Assembly: GCA_030141605.1 (NCBI GenBank)
Contig: JAQGDQ010001025.1
Span: 1 to 64,000 of the forward strand
Reading direction: 5' to 3'
Length of the DNA stretch: 64,000 bases
Source: Tubiluchus corallicola
Taxonomy: Eukaryota > Animalia > Priapulida
Shown: one piece after another, positions 49,690 through 61,957 of the stretch
Layout of the letters: every line of letters begins with the position of its first letter
Position numbering within the stretch: position 1 is the stretch's first letter
Made by a program: the position numbers and the translations under genes
The notes under the pieces: model-generated
Seen by the model: only the letters and a program-made list of their open reading frames with translations
What the model was told of the DNA's origin: nothing
Database searches by the model: none

Positions 49690-51100
49690 AAGTGAGAGTA
49701 CCAGTGAATGAACTCAATTGCTCAATAACTAATAAAACTACAATGTTTCTCTTCCATCTAGCCCTGTGTTTTGTGAACCTTCAGCCCCGTGCATGTTCGA
49801 GTTTTTAAAGAAACAAAACGGAAGACTGATAATAAATAAATAAAAATAAAGTATATCAAGAAGATTCTGCTGTAAGCAAAATGTTAATTAGTAAGTCTCA
49901 AGCAGTTTCACATCTGCACTGAGACTCGCACCTCCGTCTTCTTCTCTCCCGGACGCCACGCTAAACCCTACACTACAACGGCACGATGCTTTTTAGACTT
50001 GAGAATTTACTAAGACGTTATTCGTTTTCTGTAGGATGGAAAGGAGAAGCAGAAGGAAAAGGAAAGACAACTGAATGAGGACCTGGCAGCGACCATTTTC
50101 GGATGGTCGCTGCCCGGCCAGGTGAACGTATAGAGGCAATGGTAAGACTTGGTTTCAAATCACTTCTTTATTGTACTTTATGGTAGTTTCAGTGTAGTGT
50201 ATGCACTAAAATTTCTCGTAGTTTTTCCACATGACGAGACACAAACATTCAGGGGAGAGGACGCTAATATGACACTAGTTGCTTCGTGGCGTTGCTTTCG
50301 CTAAACTCCTATAAATTTCTACAGAAAATGATTAAAAATTATGGAATTAGGAAATTGGAAATAGGATAGAGACTGTTTATTTGATCAGTTCTGTCAAATC
50401 AGATATACCAGCATGTACCAGAAGGATAGTTTCCTGCAAGCGATTACACCATTGGTTCATGTTGTCACCTTCATATATAGAATCTAGAGAGGAGAATTAA
50501 ACATGGCGTCCAGCTATTGTACGTAAAGGATTCCGAATATAATGATGATGTCCCACGATCATTTGCAAGTTTAAGAATGAATGGAAGACACCCAATTACT
50601 TGTCAGCTTTGGCTGGCTTAGTTGACGGAAAGACCAACCTGTTACAAAAAAACTCTCTTCTCTTTTTTAGACCTTTGGTAAACAACTAACTTCGAATTTT
50701 TATTGCTTATGCTACTGTGGCTTCTTGAGTCCCCGGCTTCACTAAACTTCAATAGTTAGGCTTCACTGCGAGTGGGTCTCTGTGCATAATTAATAATATG
50801 TCAGTAGTAACTAGTATCGGTTGCTCGTTTCTATTTAACAAAACAAACACAGTATTGTATTTTATGACTACTGTCATCTATTGTATGTGTATTACTTAAG
50901 GTATTATAATTTTTAATGTGAAGTTAATGTGTACTTCTAATTCATATAATTATCAGTTTTGTCTACGTTTTGGATTTTTCTGTGTTTTGCAGGGGTAGAA
51001 GAAGGAAGGAGGAAAGTTCGAGGAAACCGAAAGAAAACGATGAGAAGAAGAGCATACCTAAGCTCTGTAAAAAATTGGACAAAAAATAAAAAAATTAATG
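49690..51100 (+). repeat. Duplicate of ~52575-53960
   Basis: Colinear, with near-identical non-exonic sequence. Confidence 0.95.
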
Positions 51101-51180
51101 AATGAACAGCTGGCGGCCACCGTTTTTGGGTGGTCCCTACCAGGAGAGTGCACACCAAATGCATAGCTACACCTGCATTG
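50993..51180 (+). other. Chimeric exon of the small-gene family (exon-4-like start joined to exon-3-like end)
   Basis: AG acceptor at 50991-50992; encodes NEQLAATVFGWSLPGECTPNA*; same donor and intron start (GTAAGAC.TGGTTTCAAATC) as exon 3. Confidence 0.6.
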
Positions 51181-51417
51181 GTAAGACCTGGTTTCAAATC
51201 ACTTCTTTATTGTATATGGTAGTTTCATTGTAGTGTATGTTCCAGGGTGATTCTTAGGAAAAATTCGTTTATCTTTATCCCATTTGTCGAAAAAAGGAAA
51301 ATCGGGCTGAGGGAAGCAAAAAAAGTGCATAGTTGATGGCTTCACCCACGAAACAAATGATGAAAACATTAAAAGTGTAGGACGTCACAATCACTTGCTA
51401 CTCTGCAGCCTATATTT

Positions 51418-52150
51418 TCACTTCAGTTTCAAGAGAATCAACAGTGACGTCGTCAATGACAGTAATGGGACAGCAGCATTAGCGCCATCTTTTGAATAAC
51501 CAACGCACTGCCAACACGTGAACCTGTTCTCCGGATCCCACTTCCTCTTGATCTCTAACATCTTTTCATATTTAGTTTCATCCCAGAATTCCTCTGCTAT
51601 GTCTTCCACAACTCGGCTTGGTTCATTGTAGTAACTGCCATGTCCATGCTTTTTCATCTTCGGCCGCCACTCATGAAGCGGACACTTCTGTCCTCTGCTT
51701 CCGGTTCTTCCCACCAGTTGGCAGCACTCGTTGAATGCCACAAAGCATTTCTAAACTGTACTCCAATTGGAGTATCGCTTTGGTTAACATTGCAAGTATT
51801 GGCTGCACCACCATCATGCAATTCACAGATACATAGCGTTCGCCACGAAAAGATACATCTATGAACAGTTCAGAAAGATCTTCTGCAAAGTTTCTAGTAA
51901 AAAACTCCGGCTGAGAAAACCAACCGTCAAGGTAGAGCGGAACATTCAATATGTCCGAAACGTTTTTCTACTAATCCCAAAAGCTTGGATAATTTTGAAA
52001 GATGCAGGGAAATGGACGATATTTAGCTCCCATGTACTTAAGAGGATCAAAAACTTTCTTTTCCTTTCTCGATGCCTTACCGTTATGCAACATTAAGAAA
52101 GTGACAGTTCCCTGGTTAAACACCCCATATTCTGTGGAATACGTAGGAGA
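51418..52150 (-). pseudogene. FAD-linked oxidase (berberine bridge enzyme-like) C-terminal relic with hydrophobic, GPI-signal-like tail
   Basis: GSYYNEPS..VEDIAEEFWDETKYEKMLEIKRKWDPENRFTCWQCVG; at least two frameshifts upstream; N-terminus absent. Confidence 0.85.
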
Positions 52151-52928
52151 TTGCAGCAGAACATAGCCAAAACATAATTAATAACCTTGCAATATATAAA
52201 TTCTACTAAATGTAGTAAAGACAATGCATCTTTGATTTGAAACATACATTATATCAATATACTGCTGATTTAACCAAAGAACGCTGTCACATTGCCATAA
52301 TTGTGATTGCTTTTACAGTTGGGCTAGCTAAAAGATGAATTCTTACAATTTATTCATATCTGGTTTTACTGTAGATCTCTAAGATGGGCTGCATATCGGC
52401 AATTCACCTGTTGGGCACATGGCCAGCTTGGTAAGAAAATAAGAAGAGTTGTTCCATCATGTGTCGTTCTGCTATTAGAATGCATTTTCCGAGTAAAGAA
52501 GAATACCCAGGCTTTCGTTCTGGACTAGAAAGTGATGAGCAGGACGATGACCGGGATGAATAATTTATATCATAAGTACCAGCGAATGAACTCAATTGCT
52601 CAATAACTATAATAAAACTACAATGTTTCTCTTCCATCTAGCCCTGTGTTTTGTGACCCTCCAGACCCCAGCCCCGTGCGTGTGCGAGTTTTTAAAGAAA
52701 CAAAACGGAAGACTAACAATAAATAAATAAAAATAAAGACCTGGTGTATATCAAGAAGATTCTGCTGTAAGCAAAATGTCAATTAGTAAGTCTCCAGCAG
52801 TTTCACATCTGCACTGGGACTCGCACCTCCGTCTTCTCTCCCGGACGCCATGCTAAACTTTACACTACAACGGCACGATGCTTTTTAGACGTGAGAATTT
52901 ACTAAGACGTTTTTTTTGTTTTCTGTAG

Positions 52929-53998
52929 GATATGAAGGAGAAGGAAAGAGGAGAAAAGAAAAGGAGAGGAAACTTAACGAGCAGCTGGCGGCGACCATTT
53001 TTGGATCTTCGCTGCCAGGGCAGCCTGCGTAGCTGCATTGGTAAGATTTGGTTTCAAATCTCTTCTTTATTGTACATGGTAGTTTCAGTGTAGTGTATGT
53101 ACTAAAATTTCTCGTAGTTTTTCCACATGACGAGACACAAACATTCAAGGGAGAGGATGCAAATATAACACTAGTTGCTTCATGGCGTTGCTTTCGCTAA
53201 ACTCCTAAAAAATTTCTACAGAAAATGATTAAAAATTATGGAATTAGGAAATTGGAAATAGGATAGTTTATTTGATCAGTTCTGTCAAATCAGATATACC
53301 AGCGTGTACCAGAAGGATAGTTTCCTGCAAGCGATTACACCATTGGTTCATGCTGTCACCTTCATATATAGAATCTAGAGAGGAGAATGAAAGATGGCGT
53401 CCAGCTATTGTACGTAAAGGATTCCGAGTATAATGATGATGTCCCATGATCATTTGCAAGTTTACGAATGAGTGGAAGACACTCAATTACTTGTCAGCTT
53501 TGGCTGGCTTAGTTGACGGAAAGACCAACCTGTTACAAAAAAACTCTCTTCCCTTTTTTAGACCTTTGGTAAACAACTAACTTCGAATTTTTATTGCTTA
53601 CGTTACTGTGGCTTCTTAAGTCCCCGGCTTCACTAAACTTCAATAGTTTGGCTTCACTGCGAGTGGGTCTCTGTGCATAATTAATAATATGTCAGTAGTA
53701 ACTAGTATTGGCTGCTCGTTTCTGTTTAACAGAACAAACACAGTATTGTAATTTATGACTACTGTCATCTTTTGTATGTGTATTACTTAAGCTATTATAA
53801 TTTTTAATGTGAAGTTAATGTGTACTTCTAATTCATATAATTATCAGCTTTGTCTAAGTTTTGGATTTTTCTGTGTTTTTCAGGATTAGAAGAAAAGGGA
53901 GGAGCAAACCAAAGCTCGTAAAAAATCGGAGCAAAAAATTAAAAAAATTAAAAAAAATTAAAAAATGTAAAATAAATGAGGAGGACCAGGATGAATAA
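52929..53998 (+). pseudogene. Small-gene family copy C (exon 52929-53040; exon from 53884)
   Basis: KEKERKLNEQLAATIFGSSLPGQPA*; same flanking introns as copy A. Confidence 0.55.
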
Positions 53999-54079
53999 TT
54001 TATATCAAGTGAGAGTACCAGCGAATGAACTCAATTGCTCAATAACTATAATAAAACTATGACGTTTCTCTTCCATTTC

Positions 54080-55140
54080 ACTCTTGAACAGTTAAACGAG
54101 TGTGGTGTTTTTCTTTTAATTCCTGTTGCGTTGGCTTTGGTTTTTTTGAAACATGGGCAGGTAAATCTGGCACATTTATGGGGGGGGGGGGGCAAATCAA
54201 CTTTTAATCTGTGCACTTCCACAACTTTGTTTACTAAATTTATAGCACGACTAGGTTTACTCTGCTGCCGAGAACGTAGGTCCCATGTTTTCCTTTTTCT
54301 GGAGTAAATGACATCGTGTTTTGTGATCTGTGGATCAACTGGCATTTCTTGGAGACTATTCCAGTGGAGTGCAGCTAGCAAATGCCTTGCTTTCATTCCT
54401 AAAATCAAACGAAATCATGTAAGCTTACCACTCATTGGTTTCTTCTTTCTTAAAATGTCTGATTCAATGTTTATGTTAAATCTTCAATTATAATGTAAAT
54501 TATAAGGATCTTGTGCTATTTCTATTTTTCATACATTGGTCAGCAATAACATATATTATTAATTGTGATGAAGGCAGTTGAAAACACTGTAAATATATTA
54601 CTTTGTCATTTTCAGACACGGTTATATGTATCACTTAAATATCCATTGTACTTTAGGCATTTCAGACAAAGTAGCTAGCTTTCAATCAATATATTTATCT
54701 AGAAACAGCTTTGACAACAGTGTGCAGAGTTTTTGAATTAAAATAAACTCTACTTTTCATTTAAATTACACCATAATATAAATATTTTCGCTTTTTTTGT
54801 GCAAACGTCATGCGACTACTGTACATGAACCCTATAATTGGAAAACATACCTGAATAAGGAAAATGCTGCCGCTTGCTACAATACTTCAGTACCAAACTG
54901 AAAGGAACGCCTCAAGTTCCCCAGTATGGCAAAAGTTTACTAGGTGTGGTAAAGCCTTCATTAAGCTTTTATCCAAAACAACAGCTTGTAGAGCTTTATG
55001 AGGTGGTGACCCTGCCTCTAGCCATGATGTAGTTCTTTCTTCATCTGCTGGCAGCAGCTCATGAGCACATTTGTGGTACAGCACATCACCAACACAACAA
55101 TGTTTACTAGATATGTGGTTCAAAGCAGTGGCACATTTCC
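54080..55140 (-). pseudogene. Kolobok transposase C-terminal exons (~55140-54852, ~54398-54080)
   Basis: HKCAHELL...WLEAGSPPHKALQAVVLDKSLMKALPHLVNFCHTGELEAF...KRQHFPYS|GMKARHLLAALHWN. Confidence 0.85.
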
Positions 55141-56157
55141 CTGCACATAATAATGTCAGTATTAATTGAAATTTAGCTATAATCACCAAATAAGCTACAT
55201 GAATTAGACTCAATTATTGTGATCTATTATTTAGCTACAGCAAACTAAAAAGAAGGCAGGTTGATGCAATACACATTTCAAGAAAGTGTAGCATCTTGTA
55301 ACTTTGTAAAAGCTTTTTGTTTTGCATAAACTTAGTTTTTGTTGTGAGTACATTTACAAGTTGCACTTACAGTAACTGTAATCTTATCTTCTGTATAGAT
55401 GACGAGACAACATGCATGTAACCTTCTTAGTTCTAACAGCAGAAGCTGCCGCAACACGTCCATCTTTAGGATTACCAAAATTGTCTGCTATTACTAAGAT
55501 GACACCTGTAAGAAAGCAAACTTTGTATTGCCTGATTTTCTGCCTTGTTTGTAATTTCCCTTTTTAATGCTAAAATGCATATTATATTTCTTTGTAGCCA
55601 TTATGTATGCAGTGCTGTAGAATCTCTTGCTATCACACGATTAATTATCTAAAAACACTATTTTTACTTAAAATGATCTTGCTAACATTCAATAATGGTG
55701 AAGACTGACTTGCCAATAAGCTCCAGAAAATTGATATTTTTGTCAGTCTAGCAAATTGCCTGAAATGAAGGATGTTTGCACAGTTATTTCACTCTTGGTG
55801 AAACTTTGCATTGTTGTGCAGTTTGCAAAAAAGTTATTAGCTCAAAATCATTTTTACAAGTTTTGTTATGAGGAGTATGCACAATTGTTAGAACTTTCTG
55901 GCAATAAAGAATTATATTTATTAACAAACAATATAGCTATTTAGTACAGGAACACATATCCTTAAATACCTTCATGTTGTTGGCCTTTTATTGTAAACAG
56001 GTTGATCTATGCCAGCACTATCCAAAAGTCAATTTGCAAACAATGCCCAGAAAGAAAAAAATTGTGCTGATTTAACTACAGTCTTTTTCGCAACATAATT
56101 AAAATCCTACATCATTTTGCAGTTCAATCATCAAATTTCTATTTTTTTCTTATACAG

Positions 56158-57470
56158 CGCAGACCAACAGCCATTCCAGCACCAGTTTATGGCACACCTG
56201 GGCATGTTAGGCATGACCACACATATGCACCGCCTCCACGATCTGCTTCTAAAATGACACGAGTGGCTTCACCTATTGCATTAACATTGGTATAACTTGT
56301 TATTTTGTTCAGGGAATCGAACTTGGTTGTTGAATGTCACGTGTTAAATTCAAAAGAATGTGCATACATTTGATTATAATGTAATGTAGACCTAGTCTGT
56401 AGATACATGCCATGGCTTATTTTTCTTCTTTTATTCTTTTTTTATCGGGTTCACATGACAGCTGGGCTTATACAATCCTTTGCTTCTCTAACCCACTGCA
56501 GTACAATGATTCTTTTATGATAACGATAGTGTATGAAACATAACAATTTAATACAGTACGATGTAATAATTTTGATGTCACTGTGTGCTTAGTGTCATTA
56601 TATTGTACTGAATCTGATACTAATAATAAATAAAAATTTCTAAAAACTTTCTAAATGTCAGTTCACTCAGTTTGAAGTTTTACTTGCTGTTTTATGTGAA
56701 TACCTTTAAATATAATAACGTGATTAATTAATCAAACATTAATTGTAATGAATACTTGTTTATAGTTTATACTGACCAGTGTTTACAATGTGTTTACACT
56801 GTTACTTATTTTTCAGGAGTCCCAACGACCAACAGCTGCATCTGAACTGAGCTATGGAACACCGGGACATATTCAAATTGAACATTCGTATGCACCAAAC
56901 ATGGAATCATCATCTACATCTGCAGGAGCCGTATCACCTTATCTGAAGGACATGCCATCATCTTCATCCTCTTCCACACCAGAGTCTGCTTCTGACATAG
57001 AGTACAGTCCAAAAAATAGTGAAGAAAGTCATACACAAACACCTGTAAAGCAGGTTAATGGGCAGGAAGGCAAATATATTGTGTTTGAATCCAATCTTAT
57101 GGAATTATTCAATTTTTGCAAAGTCTGTGGTCTCACTATTGTCTGCAAGGAAACTTCCACATTAGGATCTATGCTAACTGTTAAAGTGGAGTGTCATGCT
57201 GGACACATATATAGTTGGAAGTCACAACCTTTACAACATCAGATGCCAATGAGCAACTTACTAATTACTGCTGCAGCTACATTATTTACAGGAGCCACTT
57301 ACTCCATTATACACGATAACGCTAAAGCTATTAATTTGCAACTTTTTTCATAAACAACGTTCCTTAAAATTCTGAAAAGTCAACTCTTTCCCGTTATTCA
57401 AGAAGCTTGGTCTCTTTCACAATATAATGCACTCAATCATCTTCAACAACAAGAAACGCTTATACCTAAG
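56158..57470 (+). pseudogene. Kolobok transposase middle exons, inverted relative to the rest of the gene
   Basis: KYIVFESNLMELFNFCKVCG...GSMLTVKVECHAGHIYSWKSQP...NLLITAAATLFTG; in-frame stop at 57351. Confidence 0.85.
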
Positions 57471-58052
57471 ACCATAATTGCTGCATTTTCTAGATATTAC
57501 AGTTATTGGCACAATTGCAGATTATTAGCTATGTTTCATTCAATTGCAAGCATTATTGGTATTCAGTGTTCGCGCGCTGCATATAAAGTACAAGTGTTTA
57601 GTAATATACTACATAGTAGGGTATCACAGATTTAAATAAGACTAGTTTTCTTTTAAAAAATTGTATTCTCCTTATTACAGTCAAATTGCTTTAGCTGAAG
57701 TTAGAATAGTGTGACTTAAAATACTTTACAGTAACACAATTATTGCTAATATGGTTAAAATTTTTGTATGATGTTTTTTTCTGATTTTTGTATGATCGGG
57801 TTACTGAGACTTACCAATTTTGTTTTGGTTTTTTCTTCACTCTGTGGACTTTCAAGCAGTTTGGCAAGCAATTGTAAAAAAATATAACCTTTTGTTAAGA
57901 ATAATTGAGACAAGCTTTTTTCTTGTACAGGTAGAAAGTTTAGGCAATTTTATATCGGTTACAGACAATGTGTATAGTGAAGGTAAAATGCACCAGAATA
58001 CTGTTAGTTTTTTATACATTATTACTTGTAAGCTAAATATTTGTTCTTATAC

Positions 58053-58389
58053 CTCTTTTCTTTCCTTCTCTGCAATTCGCTTTTCTGAATGCACACGTCG
58101 TTTAATCTTGGGACCATGCTTGAAAACAGTGGGCACTGCATCTTCCTTTAGCTTATTTCTATTATACGGCAAGCCCATGATCTCATGATACATGCTAGGA
58201 ACGAAGCAGTCATCGGTGAAATGTTCAGAATAGAGTTTGATCGAGTTCACGTTTTGAAAGTTTTTGCGGCGTAAATTACGTAGCCAATGTATTCAAAGTT
58301 CAAGCTTGTGAAGCGGAAATCTATGCTACGTTATTTCTGGCCTTGCATTTTTGTGTGTTCAAGTACTCGGGTGCATCTTCGTTGGCGTT
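58053..58389 (-). pseudogene. THAP domain exon of the Kolobok transposase
   Basis: HRFP...WLRNLRR...LYSEHFTDDCF...KLKEDAVPTVF (AVPT box); internal stops. Confidence 0.88.
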
Positions 58390-60448
58390 TACTAATTAAA
58401 TGTTAATATATAACACGTGTGATAAATAACTAAATAAGCAAAAATCCTTATAATTAAACTTTATAAACAAAATTCTGCTTCCGTTTGAACTTCACTGTTT
58501 GTAGTATACACAAACAATTGCCATGGTGAGTCGGCAGTATCCAGGTCACGTGACGCGGTAACCAATAGATACCTTGCATCTTTATTCGTACAGCTCACAG
58601 CGCGAAAAAAGCTTCGTGCCAATCTCAAGGCGAACATGTCTGCGTTTCAGCGTTGCACAGCGTTTAAAATCTCCACCGAACTTTCGTGTTGATCTGCAAA
58701 CGTGAGTATTACATACAAATAAGACTTTAGAAATGTGGTATAACTTTTCCACTTAGGCATTTCAAACTCAACATGCAACTGGTGTTGAACAAACAGTCAT
58801 AAAGTTAGCAATATGATATTTAACAGTAGAAATTTTGCATCCTTTCTCAATACTGTCTCTAGATCAACTGAAACTTGCATGCCTGAGAGAATAGAGCTGT
58901 AATCACATGACCAGAGATTCAAGTTTCTATTGGAAGGTACATCACATTCATGCATACAGACCATAAATGGAAATTTCACCTATAGTCTTCAGACTACTAG
59001 TTAAACCAAAATCAGTCTACTTGGCTTCTTGATATTATATATTTTTTGAGCCATATACTTATAGTCTATTTAGTCACGTACTCAAATTTCACTACATATT
59101 TTGTTTCCTCCATTTTTCTGCACTAGTTCTTGCGTTGCATAGTATTTTATCATTACGCTTAATTTGACAAGATTGCATATCTTTGCTTCATTATATTTTG
59201 TTTGAGTTTATTATACATATTTTGTTTCTATATATTATAATATAATATATTATATATATTATTGATGTTTTTTTGGTTTGACTTTTTTCTAGTTTTTTGT
59301 TTTAATCGGTTAGTTAAACGCTTTACATATTTTGTTAATCATCATTTCATATTTTTCATTTTATTTCTTTATTGCATAGCTTACTTAGTTTTTTCACTTT
59401 CATGTTTAATGTATCCTCCCATAAATTCATGTTAACAGCAGCACCACAGATTTTTTACAATTTTCACTAACCTGAGAAGAGTAGCTGACTTGATGACCAA
59501 TTGGTCTTTCGCTACCCTTTCTCCTGTACCCCCCTTAACTCTTTCCTTTATGCTTAATTTATCCTTTTTAATCAATAACTAAAAAATAATAGTCAATTTG
59601 TATACAGGTGTAAATGAGGAGATACATAAAAATGTCTATGTCTATGCCTATCATAGCAGAATAAAGATTATTGGTTTACAGAAAGCTGTGTTATAATTTT
59701 TCTCTATTTAAACTTGAATAAGAGAGTTAGAACCAGAATTAAAGCATGAAATTAACAACCTAATAACTCTGAATAATGAATATCTATAAAAGCAAAAGGA
59801 AAAAATATTTAGAAACAAAAATCAATTTCTGACAAACTTTGTACAATTAGAGTAAAACAACGACTGTAGATGGCAGCATAGACTAATTCAGTGCTTTAGT
59901 GTAGCAGACTGACAATTAAATGGGTCACATAATACTACAATTGCGTACTCAGTACAATAAGCGACATTCTTGAATCTTATAAAAAAGCAGTCAAAACACT
60001 CATGAGATACAATTTTACACACTCGACTAACTTATCCATCCAATCAAGGCAACCTAACAGCAAAACTACCTACCCATACATATCAAAAGGCATTGTGCAT
60101 GAACAGTTCACACATGGCTTCTTACACAATTTTTATGCAACAGTTTCATGATATGTGCTTGTGTCTCTGAGAGGCATTTATGGCAAATCTTCAAAAGTCT
60201 CAGTTGAATTTCATGTAAACCACTGATCTTTATTTCTGCAATATTTAAAAATTAAAATAGAAAAACAAAAGTGACTTGACATTGGCTAATTTTATGAAAA
60301 GTACATAAGTTTAATTAGATTGACAGTTAATTAATCAATCAAAAATATCAATAAATGAATCAAAATGAAAATTAAATACACATAAACTTACATCGTTGTG
60401 GCTGATAAATTTTGCTAGCTTGCACAAGACAGTGCATTCACATACTAC

Positions 60449-61853
60449 TATCACGACCCTTTTTTTCGATAGATTGATCGTATCGTTTCTCTAGCCGTAT
60501 CGAGTGATCATGAATTAATTTTATAGATTGTGTAGATGTTATAGATGGCCTAGATTCGCTTCCTGTTCCCTTTGAGGTGATTCTGTCACCTGACTCCGAG
60601 GGCTTTAGTTAAGTCTATCAGGCAATGATGCTGTCCTTCAAGACTTTCACTTCGACCTTGCGTTGTGAGTGGAGGTCTTCTTCCCTCAAGTTATCAAGCG
60701 TTGCTCCCGCAATTGAGCTTTTGTTAGTACAATGCGAATCTCTCAAGTTCGTATCTAGGATTTAGTTTTGCTTTACTTTGAACGCTCTTAATCATACAAG
60801 AACTCGTTATCTACGTTACCACAGTGAATAGAATTTATTCAATTACAGAATACACGTTATCTAGTCTGGATCACTTTACAACATTTGCTCTTACGCGCTG
60901 GTGGGCGCTTACAATTAGTGTATAGCTCCAGAGAAGATGCTCATTCACTTTAATTGACAACGATTCAGTATGCTGCACTTATGGTGCTTAATACAATGTG
61001 AAACTACAGTTATGCTAGTTATTCTCAGATACAAATAGGTTGAATTCACTTAACCTGTGGATTGACCAAGGTACCCATACACTTGGTCAACTCCAGACAG
61101 CTTAACGAGACTTCGTTGCTCCAGTACTCAGTCTTTGGCTGAGAACGCAGACTCTTCTACGCTGGTGTCAAACGACGCTCCTCTCTTCTAGAAGGCTGTC
61201 TCGGACACACTACGGTGGCAATCACTGTCAGACTCTCCCCTTCTCTGTGCGTGCATGTGATCTCGTGTGTGTGTGTCGCTCTAGTCTAAAACTAGAGTTT
61301 ATATCTTTGAGAGCTGACCTTGCGAAAGATTGCACCATATGGCAACATCCAATGACACCTGCGGCAGATGATACTACCCGTCATGAGACTTCTGATTTTA
61401 CAATCAGCAAGATGTTCCCTTTAATTCTTTCGCTCTTTGAGATCTTCTTACCGTCGTCGGCAAATCTTCAGATTTCTCTCTAATGTCGCTGAGCACTGAT
61501 AGAGACCTTGGCTGCTATCATAAAGTCACTTCTATGCGACATCTAAATCGCTACCGAATTTCTCTTAATTAGCTTTAACTCTGCATGTAGCTATTCAAGA
61601 CAATAGTGTCTCTCTTAGACAAGACACCTGTATTCCTACAATTTCCTATACAAGACACCTGCATCTCTATAACATGTGTGATAATTTGTGTCGCATTAAA
61701 TTCGTACTGCCAGCTGGATGAGTTTTTCTGTCAACCGTATAAATTTATCTTATGGAAATCAGGGAGGCGTGAGATTTATCAACTGAATCTAATTCAGCTG
61801 ATAACTCCATTAATTTATTTCCAAAATACCGATTTATAAATTTATTCACAACA
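60449..61853 (-). mobile_element. Solo LTR (~1.4 kb) with 4-bp TSD CTAC
   Basis: CTAC at 60445-60448 and 61854-61857; empty site CACATACTACAGAAC at ~48024-48038; minus-strand start TGTTGTGAATAAATTT. Confidence 0.9.
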
Positions 61854-61957
61854 CTACAGAACAACATAACGACAACATAACTGAGTCAAAGCCTACACTT
61901 TAAATTTTTCAGCTAGATGGAGCCACCTTGGCTAGACTTGGCTAGAGCAGATGAAAA

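Larger units (their letters stand above)
48093..50141 (+). pseudogene. Unknown small-protein gene, copy A (exons 48093-48214, 48666-48756, 50035-50141)
   Basis: AG/GT-bounded purine-rich exons: RLAFTEEPLYGSKWRCCCCRLFRCPRRKIIRRNRV | DVCSSCNLLERTEE..* | DGKEKQKEKERQLNEDLAATIFGWSLPGQVNV*. Lacks the copy-B start; stop in exon 2. Confidence 0.6.
44187..52563 (+). pseudogene. KolX / P2X7 C-terminal-like Cys-rich protein; exons 44187-44300, 44995-45142, 45517-45646, 52375-52563
   Basis: GFQFQP; RLDNLDWCSCTKC...ERECICCGE; CITYNQEFGILCLNKPVL; LRWAAYRQFTCWAHGQLGKKIRRVVPSCVV(fs)SAIRMHFP..EYPGF. Phases match; 1-nt frameshift in the last exon. Confidence 0.85.
43873..58754. mobile_element. Rearranged Kolobok-like DNA transposon with cargo
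   Basis: Inverted termini GAAAAGTTATATCAC (~43876) and GTGGTATAACTTTTC (~58735), enclosing convergent KolX-like and THAP-transposase genes. Confidence 0.7.

Noticed and set aside
59470-59515. Hammerhead ribozyme (TGATGA-CCAATTGG-TC)
   Set aside because: The GAAA core after stem II is missing.
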